Shown piece by piece: positions 51,939-62,555 of a stretch of 64,000 nt of DNA. Every line of letters starts with the position of its first letter. Position 1 is the stretch's first letter. Origin of the DNA: Chrysomallon squamiferum (lineage: Eukaryota; Animalia; Mollusca). The notes under the pieces are model-generated. The model searched no databases. It was not told the DNA's origin and saw only the letters and a list, made by a program, of their open reading frames with translations. Where the stretch lies: assembly GCA_012295275.1 (NCBI GenBank), contig CM022677.1, positions 17,298,001-17,362,000 of the forward strand. The letters run 5' to 3'. A program made the position numbers and the translations under genes.

Positions 51939-54720
51939 TTTTTTTAAACAATTAATAATAATACATTCTGTTTTCATTTAAACTTTCTAAACAAATAATT
52001 AATTTTTATTTAATTTTTTAAAACAATTAAAAAAATAAACATTTCTTATTTTATGTTTTCTAAAGCAATTAGTAATAATAATAAGTTCATTCTTATAGTT
52101 TTTCTAAAACAATAATCATAATACATTATTTAATTTATTATTTGTATGTTTTTAAGAACAATTAAAGACACAGTACCCTCACAAAAGACCCCACTCAGAC
52201 ATTCCTGTGTGTAGTTTTTGCTGTCCTCTCCAAAGCACTGTCTTCCTCCAAGCTGAGGTGATGGGTTGTCACATGATCGTTTGAAACTCACACTTTCAAC
52301 ACCTGCTTCTCCACACGTAGAACTGCAGTCAGATCTAGACTGCATCAGCCAGGAACCCCAGAGACCATCCACTGAAAACAAATTTAACTAGAACAGATAA
52401 TCCAGATAACGATAGAAATGAATTTAAATAATTCAGAACATTATCCCCATGACCATCCAACAACAAAACACATTTAACCAGAACTGATAAAACAGATAAT
52501 GTTTGGAAATGAATTTACAAACAACAACAAGAACAACAGCAACAACAATTATCCCCAGTGACCATCCACCAAAACAAGGTTTGTTTGTTAACTAGATTCT
52601 GAGTGTGATCTTCTATTACATCCTTTACAAACAACAACAACAACAACTGATAACTACACAACAGTAATAACAACAACAACAACAACTGATAACTACACAA
52701 CAGTAATAACAACAACAACAACAACTGATAACTACACAACAGTAATAACAACAACAACAACAACTGATAACTACAGAACAGTAATAACAACAACAACAAC
52801 AACTGATAACTACACAACAGTAATAACAACAACAATGATAACAACACAAAGGTAACAACAACAACAACAAGACTACACAACTGAGTGTGACAACAACAAC
52901 AACAACTGATAACTACACAACAGTAATAACAACAACAACAACAACTGACAACTACACAACAGTAATAACAACAACAACAACTGATAACTACACAACAGTA
53001 ATAACAATACAAGCACAAGGTTTGTTTGCTTTAAAAGACTCTGAGTATGATCTTCTGTTACTTCCTTTACAAAACAACAACAACAACAACAACTACTACT
53101 ACTACTACTACTACACAACAGTAATAACAATACCAGCACAAGATCTGTTTGCTGTACATGATTCTGAGTATGATCTTATATTACTTCCGTTACATTCTGC
53201 ACCAAGGTGTGGTTTGGGGTTATTACATTCTCGAACATCTATAACCCTTCTAATACCACTCAAATCACCACAAGTCACTGAACAGTCTTCAACCTTTTCC
53301 TGTTTCCAGTCACCCCATTTACCATGCACTTTTAAAAAAAAAAAAAAAAAAAAAACTATATATATATATATATATATATATATTCTTTATTACACTTTCA
53401 ACAAAAGGAAATAATTAGTATTTAAAAATTATTCTTCATTTTATATAACATGAATTATGAACTATATTTTAAATACTTACATTTAAAAATATATATTGTC
53501 TTTATTACACCTTCAGTAGCCCATATTACCTGGACATGGAATTCCAGATTGGCAATCTGTTGTTTTCTCATCTTTGGTTCGTGGACCTTCACACCAGTGT
53601 CCATGGTAACTAGGCAGAGGATTGTCACATTCTCTGTAATAGTGTGACGTCTGCTTACCCCCAGCACCACATGTAACACTGCAGTGACCACTGCTTAATA
53701 TCCATTCACCCCATCCAGCATCAACTACAACAACCATACCAAAATAAATAAAAAAAATTAAAAAATTGTTTTTTTGAGCTATCTCATATCAAATATTGGG
53801 ACACATATATTTTATGTATGTATATATGTGTTTTAGATATAGATATATGAAGTTTATCTATCTATCTTACTAGCTATCTAACTTAACTATTAACTACCTA
53901 CCTATTTCTCCATTTCAGTCCATTTATATAGATATATAATCTGTCTCTCTGAGCTAATATAGTCAAACATGGTTTATCAGTTCAATCAAATAATATCTCT
54001 CTAAAACTACTAATAATAACATTAATAATAATAACAACAACAACCACAACACCAATAATAATAACAGTAACATCTGTAATAATAATGATAAAAAATAATA
54101 AATATATTAATAACAGTATAAAAATTATAACCATACAACAACAATAATAATAATAATAATAAAAAAAAAATAATATACTAATATACTAATAACAATAACT
54201 AAAATGATAGTAACATTACAACAACAATAATAACATCTGTAATAATAATGATAATAAAAATTAATAAATATTCTAATAACAATATAAAAATGATATAACG
54301 TTAGAACAACAACAATAATAATAATAATAATAACAACTGTAATAATAATAATGATAATAAAAAATAATAAATATACTAATAACAATAACAAAATTCATAA
54401 TAATATTACAAAAACAACAGTAATAATAACAATAACATTGCTAATAATATAACAATGATAATAAAAAATAATAAATATCTATTAACAATATAAAAATGAT
54501 AGGTAACATTAATAATAACAATAAAATACCAGGGCATGGAATAGAGCAGTCTTCTGTATATGTATACTGATTTTGGCCGATACAGTACTTTCCTCCAAAT
54601 CTGGGTTTTGGCTTATCACACATTCTGTATTTTGTTATTTGTACAGTTCCAGAACCACAGCTAACACTACAAGTAGTCATATTAGTCTTCCACAATCCCC
54701 ATCCACCATCAACTGGAAAA

Positions 54721-54751
<31 letters not shown>

Positions 54752-55329
54752 AAAAAAAAAATAAAAAAAAAAAAATAAAAATAAAAAAAAAATAAAAAAA
54801 AAAAAAAAAATAAAAAAAAAAAATAAAATAAAAAATAAATAAATAAAAAATAAAATAAATAAATAAAATAAAATAAAATAAAAATAAATAAATAAAATAA
54901 AAAAAAATAAAAAAAATAAAATAAAAAAAAATAAAATAAAATAAAATAAAAATAAAATAAATAAATAAAATAAATAAAATAAATAAAATAAATAAATAAA
55001 TAAATGTGTGTTGGGTGTTTATAGTTTTCTTTGTGTCTCTCTGTATAAAATATTTCTCTGTGTATGTATGTCTGTCTGTATGTCTGAGTACGTAGATAAT
55101 CCCAATCAACCATCAAATGAAAAATAAATAAATGTCTGTGTGTGTCTGTCTGTCTGTCTGTGTGTGTGTTCGTATTTGTCTTTGAGTATGCAACATAGAC
55201 GATCCCCACACACCATCAACTGTAAAATAAATAAATAAAATAAATGTGTCTGTGTATGTGTTTGTATAAAATATGTTTCTGCATATGTCTGATTGTATGC
55301 AAAATAGACAATAACCCTCTAACTGTGCA

Positions 55330-55361
<32 letters not shown>

Positions 55362-58188
55362 CACACACACACACAAAACACACACACACACCACACACAC
55401 ACACACCACACAAACACACACACACACAAACATACACACACAAACACACACACAAACAAACACACACACAAACACACATATATATACAATGATTAAAAAA
55501 CAAAACAAGATATATTCATTCATTCATTCATTTATATATATTTATCCTGTTATTGCTACAAACAGTGTCAAGATATGACTAGCACATCAGTGAGTTATGA
55601 GCAGTCACCTGGTCGATTTTTTTGCTTTGAGTTGCGAGTCAAAATCCGAGTTAGAAGCAAGATTTGGATACGCCGCCGCTAGTTGGCACAGCGAACAACA
55701 CAGCATCTGCCCAGAACCATTAAAGATCTCTGTTGTGTTTATTTCTTTACATTCTCTTTTATTTTATTTTTATACAATATTAGTCATTTATAAATAATTT
55801 TTTCTTATTTAAAAACACGTTTACAAAAAAACAATGGTGGGGGCTCGAAAGACAAGGTACCACAACTGTAAAAGTGACTAAGACGCCATTTTCCTAGGTT
55901 AACCATATATATATATATATATATTTTTTTATATATTTTTTTTAATTTTTTTTTTTTTTATGTGGATATTTAAATAAATAATTAAATAAATTTAATTAAT
56001 TAATTAAATTAATTATTTAATTAATTACCTGGACATCCCGTAACGCATATACGAGCCCTTTTCCATCTGCCGCCAGGACACGCTCTTCCGTTTCCGGTTT
56101 GAGGGGGGTTGGCACACATCCTGTACAGAGTTTTTGTCATATCATGAGGATAACATTGGAAGCCACATGGAAATATCGGCTGCCAGTTAGTCCAGCCGCC
56201 ATTAGCTGCAAAAAACCCCAGTAAATATCTGTTACGTTTTTGTTTTATTTAAATAACGAAAAGAAAAAAAAAAAAAAAAAAAAGGAAGGAAACATCGATA
56301 CGTAAAAGAAAGAAAAGAATAAATAAATAAAATAAAATAAAATAAGGAAGAACACATGGAAACATGTAAAAGAAAGAAAAGAAAAGAATAAATAAATAAC
56401 ATAAAATAAAATAAAATAAAATGAGGAAGAACACATCGACATGTAAAAGAAAGAAAATAAAAGAAAATAAAATAATTAATGTAGATAAAGAAAGTTGTAA
56501 CTGTATAAATAAAATAAAGAAAGACAGATGAAAAAGTAAGGAAAGAAAATAAATAAACAAAATTTGAAAATACAAAGAAAATATAAATGTAATAAAATAA
56601 ATTTAAAAAAATATATAAATAAAGACAGAAAAAAAAAAACGTAAATAAATAAAATAAAATAATAAATGTAAATGAATAAATAAAACAAAAGAAAGGAAAG
56701 AAACAACAAATGAAGAAAAACAATGAAAATACAAATGTATCAATAAAATAAATGTTCAAAAATATGTAAATAAATAAAGAAAGAAAACAAAATAAATAAA
56801 ATAAACAAATAAATGAAAATAAAGATGTAGTAATAAATAAAAGAATAAAGAAAGAAAAGAAATGATAAATAAAAAAGAAAGTAAACATAAATAAATAAAA
56901 GAAGAAAACAAACAATAAAGAAAATATATGAAAATATGTGAAAATAAAGAAAATAAAGAAAACGTAAATGAATAAATAAAAGTAAAGCAAGAAACAAGAA
57001 AGAAAATACTTGCTCTCAATGGTATATATCCTTATATTCTTTTTTGGTCTACAGCCACCACAAAATCCTCCACACTCAAGATGAACATACTGAATATATT
57101 TAGAATTATTCTGTGGACGAACCATTTTAAATGAGCTATTGCCAAAGGTTTCAAAATCCTGAACAAAAACAAAAATATCAGAAATAAAGACATTCATTTT
57201 CTTTTTCTTGCTTTAGTTATAATGTTTGTGTCAATTAATGTGAGATAAATGCAAGAATAATGATTATGATAAGTGTTTATAGACAAAGCAAGGTAGAAAA
57301 ATGGTGGCCATTTTTGTATGTGTATTTTATTTAATATATGTTTTATTTATTTATTTATTTATTTATTTATTTGTTTATTATTTATTTTCCATTTTATCTA
57401 TTCAGTTAGTTGTTTTTTTCTACTTAGGTAGTTGACTATGTTATTCTTATTTATTTATTTATTTATTTATTTATATATTTATTTACCTAGCTAGTCATAA
57501 GGATAAAAACAATCATTTATTATAATAATAATCATAATAGTAATAATAATAATAATAATATAAATTACTTAATTTTTAATATTAAAATAACATTATTGTT
57601 ATTATTATTTTATTATTATTATTATTATCATCATTATCTCCACATCACTATTAGTAGTAATAGGCTCATTCTGTATGCAGAAATTCAAAACAAAAAACAT
57701 GAAAAAAAGGGAAGTAGACATTAAAGATGTGCTTCAAAGATGCATCATCATCATCATCATCATCATTATTATACAGTTGTCGGTGTACATTTGACAGTGT
57801 AATCATATCAATTACCCTGACTATTGTTCTCCCAAATCTAAATCCAGTATTTCGGAGATCGATGTGAAACTGGCCCACGGGGTAGCAGTCAGTTCTATAT
57901 TTGTCAACCCTCTCATGGTCAGCATAACAGTCTGCTGCTTGACCAAAAGGTACAAGTGAATTATAAACCTCAGCAAACTGCGTGTCTGTAAAATCAAGTT
58001 CCATCGCCTGCAAAAATAAACAGAATTTTTAATTTAGATGTCGCTTGCTCTTTCTACCTTTCCATGTGTGTCTGTCTGTCTGTTTGTGTCTGTATTGATA
58101 GAGACATGTATAAATAATGTATATAATTTTGTGTGCACACATATATATATATATATATATATACATATACACATACACATACACATAA

Positions 58189-58221
<33 letters not shown>

Positions 58222-60015
58222 CATACATATATATATATATATATATAAAATAATAATAATAATAATATACTAATAATAACAATAATCATCACTATGAACA
58301 TAATTAAAACTACTTATCATAATAATAATAATGATAAGGCATTATTTGGGCCATTCCATGACAATTCATCAAATGGTTTTTTATATATATACATATATAT
58401 ATAATTGATAGAGACATATATACATGCATACATACAAAATATAAAAATTCTTACATAAATATCGAGTCGTATTTTTTTATACACTGTGCGTCCGTATGGA
58501 GGTACTTCCAGACCAGGAGGTTTCTTCAGCCCAGGGCAGATGTTTGGCTGAGTAGAACCATAATTTAGTTCCTTAAACATAAAGAACTCAGTTGGGTTGT
58601 TCTTCATGTCATAACAGAAAACCCGGATCTTTTGGTATGGCAGTTTAGGTGGCCATATGTTCATACTCGCCATCTTTTTTACGTCCTCTGTTTTTCAGGT
58701 CCCTGCAAGAAATGGGATTATCTGTAAAAGAATTAAAATTAAATTAAAATAATAATAATAAAATGAGATTGGATCACATAGGTATAAAGTTTGACAAAAA
58801 TGAAGAGAACTGAGTTTTGGCCTAAACCGGATTTGAGTACAATGAGTTCCCAAAGTGCAGCACTAATAATTAAAATAAATAATAAATAATTTACTGTTTT
58901 CCATATACAAATATACTATGTTTAAAAATAAATAGATATAGATATAGTTATAGATATAGATATAGATATAGATATAGATATAGATATAGATATAGATATA
59001 GATATAGATATACAGATATAGAGATATAGACATACAGATGTAGATATAGATATTTAGATTATAGATATACAGAGAGAGAGAGAGAGATTTTAAATTTATT
59101 TATTTATTTATTTATTCATATATAGGCCTACACACACATAAATTAACACATGAAAAATTTAAAGTAAACAAAGAAAATTTAATTAATAGATATGAAAGAT
59201 GCCAATAAGGAAACAAAATTTGTCTGTAACAAAAATTAATAATACTAATCATTTAAAATGAACTTCCAGGATTGAAATAAGGAAACAAAAGTTGTCTGTA
59301 ACACAGATTAATGATAATAATAATAATCATTTAGAATGAACTTCCAGGATGCCAATAAGGAAACAAAATGCTGTCTGTAACACAGATTAATAATAATAAT
59401 AATCATTTAAAACGAACTTCCAGGACATTCAGGTATGCCACAATCCATCCATTCAATGAGAGGATCTTCTGTGTAACACCAAGGGAAACCTCTGTTGTTC
59501 GGGTCCCTGCAGTAGTTGGATGGCAAATCAGGATAACGTGAGTGGTGATGAACGTCAGAGTTCCAGTACTGACAAGCTATTCCTGAGCCAGTAGATCTTT
59601 TCTTTCCAGAATATTTCGATGACCTGCCTCGCATGTAACAGTCAAACTCTGATGGTGAAAGAAAAAAACAGCAATTTATTAAAAAAAAAATAAATAAATA
59701 AATAAAAAAAAAAAATTCAGAAAACAACAACAATAATTGCAACAACAACAGGAAAAATAACAACAAGAACAATAATAATAATAATAATAATAATGTAATT
59801 TATATATCAATCATACTAAATAGTACTGATGTAATAATAAAGTTATAATTATTATCATCATTATGAATGTTAATTAAAATATATTTACACATTAATTAAT
59901 AATAATAATAATAATGTAATTTATATATCAGTCATACTAAATAGTACTGATGTAATAATAAAGTTATAATTATTATAATCATTATGAATGTTAATTAAAA
60001 TTATTTACACATTAC

Positions 60016-60047
<32 letters not shown>

Positions 60048-60743
60048 TACATTATTGGGGTCAATTCTTTATAACCCAGATTTTGATAAAAACTGTTACA
60101 AGTTTGTTTTGGACTTAAATGTCAAAATACCAAAAATTAGCTGCACTATGCCAATACTTTGAGAAATTTTGGCTTTCAAAAGTTGACATATTTCATCAAA
60201 ATGGTTATGGCCACAGTGAGCCTGTTCCATAAGAAATCCAAATGTGTAATACCATTCCATTTTAAGGATCCGTAACCTTTTGACCTTTTGTTTGATTTTG
60301 TCAATCACAATGATCTCTAGTCAGTATTATAAATATTATCAACAAAATTCAAAGTATGCACAGTAAATATGGATGCAGTAATACAAAATAGCTGTTTATG
60401 ATGGAAGAAAGTGATACAGCCAATGAAGGCATTTTTTTAAATGTCACCAGAAAATGCCTATTGGTATGTCATTCTATACTCCACATCATAGAGATTAAAA
60501 TGAGTTTCTGTGATACTGAGTTCAAAATCTCATATTTCCAAAAGGTTTGGTCTGATGAAGGTAATATTTCATAATAAGAGACCAAAATTGGTTTGATCAA
60601 ATTGTTTTATTTGAATAATAAGAGACCAAAATTAATTTCTATACTTTCAAATTGATTTTAATATGGAATAATAATAATTATGAGCATTATAATTACTACT
60701 AGTGCTACATTACTTTAATAATAATAATAATAATAAAAAATAA

Positions 60744-60795
<52 letters not shown>

Positions 60796-61330
60796 TCGTA
60801 AAAATATATAAAATAATAATACTGTGATTTCTAGCAGGAGAAGGAGGCAGAACAGTTTCTGAAAAAAATAATAATAATAATAATAATATTCTAATAAATA
60901 TTATTGAAATTATAATTTTCTTTTTTCAGATTTAAACAATTTTCAGCGTTATTTCCTAACTAATTATATTATATATTTTACTCAATTTAAATTATCACAA
61001 AAATTAAAATAATATTTGTACTAATTTAAAAACAGACATTCAGTTTACTACTATTGCAGCTATTGATGCTAAAAGTACCACTACCTTTACTACCATTATG
61101 ATTACTGCAATTACTACTACACTTACTAACAGCACAGCTGCTACTAATATTACTACACCTGTTACTATTACTACTATTACTTCAGTTCCTACCACTGCCA
61201 CTTCTCTCCCTACTGATACTACCAGAATTACTACTACCATTTCTTACTATTTCTACTAATGCTATGCTACTATTCTTTTATTTTATGTACCTGCTGGTAG
61301 CACAAAAATCAAGATGTAGATAAACTTCAT
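48853..61330 (-). CDS. Gene A (spliced): kringle-GON-5xTSP1-SerGly stalk-TSP1-like-TM protein, ~764 aa if the single frameshift is corrected; frameshifted as assembled
   Basis: 18 coding exons whose splice phases are compatible; +1 nt at 58662 relative to paralog B; one GC donor. Confidence 0.8.
49360..49468 (-). CDS. Gene A transmembrane exon ([36 protein letters not shown])
   Basis: 109 nt, phase 1-2, GTAAAT donor, as in gene B. Confidence 0.82.
49782..49934 (-). CDS. Gene A short TSP1-like exon
   Basis: [36 protein letters not shown]...CEGDHCN; 153 nt. Confidence 0.88.
50547..50570 (-). CDS. Gene A micro-exon GSGLYSGD
   Basis: tttcag/GTATGT, 24 nt, phase 1-1. Confidence 0.8.
50884..50904 (-). 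CDS. Gene A micro-exon GSGSSGE
   Basis: tttcag/GTGATT, 21 nt, phase 1-1. Confidence 0.78.
51261..51281 (-). CDS. Gene A micro-exon GSGFSGE
   Basis: tttcag/GTAATT, 21 nt, phase 1-1; near-copy of 50884-50904. Confidence 0.78.
51696..51722 (-). CDS. Gene A micro-exon VSEAFEQGS
   Basis: tgcag/GTGAAT, 27 nt, phase 1-1. Confidence 0.72.
52177..52371 (-). CDS. Gene A TSP1 repeat 5
   Basis: VDGLWGSW...CSSTCG...[17 protein letters not shown]; 195 nt. Confidence 0.93.
52625..53130. repeat. ~36-bp minisatellite (caacaactgataactacacaacagtaataa) with copies of the 3' end of exon 53134
   Basis: Direct inspection; tttgtttg...ctgagt.tgatcttct.ttac.tcct at ~52578 and ~53020. Confidence 0.85.
53134..53328 (-). 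CDS. Gene A TSP1 repeat 4
   Basis: VHGKWGDW...CSVTCG...[16 protein letters not shown]; 195 nt. Confidence 0.92.
53530..53724 (-). CDS. Gene A TSP1 repeat 3
   Basis: VDAGWGEW...CSVTCGAGG...[17 protein letters not shown]; 195 nt. Confidence 0.92.
54530..54712 (-). CDS. Gene A TSP1 repeat 2
   Basis: VDGGWGLW...CSVSCGSG...[17 protein letters not shown]; 183 nt. Confidence 0.93.
56029..56205 (-). CDS. Gene A TSP1 repeat 1 (absent from ORF track)
   Basis: [17 protein letters not shown]...[18 protein letters not shown]...ICVTGCP; 177 nt, phase 1-1. Confidence 0.9.
57014..57158 (-). CDS. Gene A exon, GON part 3, GC donor
   Basis: [10 protein letters not shown]...[22 protein letters not shown]; 145 nt as in gene B. 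Confidence 0.88.
57816..58007 (-). CDS. Gene A exon, GON part 2
   Basis: [28 protein letters not shown]...[16 protein letters not shown]; 192 nt. Confidence 0.9.
58455..58721 (-). CDS. Gene A exon, GON part 1, containing a +1 frameshift
   Basis: 267 nt versus 266 in gene B; [19 protein letters not shown] and [16 protein letters not shown] lie in different frames. Confidence 0.85.
59195..59425. repeat. Three tandem copies of the kringle donor junction region
   Basis: tcattta.aa.gaacttccagga and aataaggaaacaaaa...gtctgtaac recurring. Confidence 0.8.
59418..59648 (-). CDS. Gene A kringle exon
   Basis: DCY...[17 protein letters not shown]...[34 protein letters not shown]; 231 nt, phase 1-1. 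Confidence 0.94.
60823..60858 (-). CDS. Gene A Pro-rich micro-exon [12 protein letters not shown]
   Basis: ttttcag/GTATTA, 36 nt, phase 1-1. Confidence 0.76.
61291..61330 (-). CDS. Gene A first coding exon, short signal peptide [13 protein letters not shown]
   Basis: ATG, G|GTACAT donor and 5' context homologous to gene B exon 44557-44631. Confidence 0.78.
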
Positions 61331-62316
61331 AACAATTCAACTCTTTAAACTGCAATAAAATATTATTATTATTATTATTATTAACATCATCATAATCGTT
61401 ATAAACGGCATAGTTTCATTAGCATCACTGTCAATACAATCGTAATGAACTGTACATTTCACATTATTTTTAATTTTTAGATCGTCATTATTATAAGCTG
61501 TACATTTTTACAAACGTATTATTGGTGAACTGCATTTTTAACATCATAATTAACTGTAGATGTTTACCTCATTATAAATTTAATTTAATTTTTTATTTTT
61601 ATTTTATTTTAATTTTATTTTTTTTTCATTACTAAGCGCATTTTACAACAAATTATTATAAAATGTACTTTTAACATCAACTACGTTATAAATTTAAGAG
61701 TTGTCTTTTGTTATTGTTCTTTTTTATTTATCGTTTTTCTTTTTTGGAACATTTTATTTGTTTACTTATATTTACTTTTTCTTGTTTAAAACATGTGTCT
61801 GTGTGTGTGGGGGGGGTGTCTGTGCGTTGTTTAGTTTAACTGCATGAATCCTCATACTCTATTTAAAGAAAATTCTCTTGAAAACTATTAATAATTGTCA
61901 ACTCAAATATTTTGTTTGCTGCAAAATAATTAAATCCCTTACCTATAAAACACTGATCCAAGTGAAATGAAAAATTAACTTGAATTTATCGAATTTAATC
62001 GACCTAAAATGATCAGCATCTCTAGATAAGTGTTTAGCAGCGACCTAAAAAGACATTTCAGATTTACATATTTCGCGCAAAAATTGCAGTCTAGATGTTT
62101 TGTGTCTGTTTAGAGCTTACTATTCGTAACAGATTCTAAATTTCTTTTCTTTTAAAAATATATATTTTTCAGTATTATTTAATTTCAGAATTTTATATAA
62201 ACCAAAAATCAGTTTAATATTTCCTCTGTCATCTGACAACAGCAGACGAAAATTTTAAAGACGAATAGTATTAATAAAAAGTAAGACCCTAAATAGTTTA
62301 TACTAATAAAAAAAGA

Positions 62317-62377
<61 letters not shown>

Positions 62378-62391
62378 TTATATTAAATAAA

Positions 62392-62555
62392 TACTCACCA
62401 ATGAGAAGGAAATTTCTTTTTTTCTTCAGGTTTTATTGTTGTTGTTGTTGTTATTCTCGTCTAGGGTTATTGATTAATGTCACTAGGTTCGTTTTATTAA
62501 TATTTTCTTTTGTACAGTACTCCGAAGAATAGCGGAAACTTCCGATATTGAGATG
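62392..62555 (-). promoter_or_regulatory. Gene A putative non-coding first exon or core promoter
   Basis: GTGAGT donor at ~62393-62398 in the same aaataaatac context as gene B; conserved gcggaaacttccgatattgaga block. Confidence 0.5.

Noticed and set aside
55113-55220. Possible sixth full TSP1 exon in gene A (VDGVWGS...)
   Set aside because: Decays after about 7 codons into a microsatellite, with no cysteines or donor; treated as a partial duplicate.
60055-60660. Higher-complexity block in gene A intron 2 (similarly 23180-23640 in gene C)
   Set aside because: Probably old transposon fragments, but no TIRs or protein motif could be supported.
61040-61260. Val-rich (minus) or Thr-rich (plus) ORF resembling a mucin or TM segment
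   Set aside because: Degenerate (ACT)n intronic repeat without credible splice sites.
661-61330. Interpretation as an ADAMTS9/20 (gon-1), plasminogen/HGF, hemicentin, SCO-spondin or semaphorin-5 gene
   Set aside because: No metalloprotease, serine protease, Ig, vWD or Sema exons were found; the domain order and TM exon are incompatible. No gene symbol assigned.
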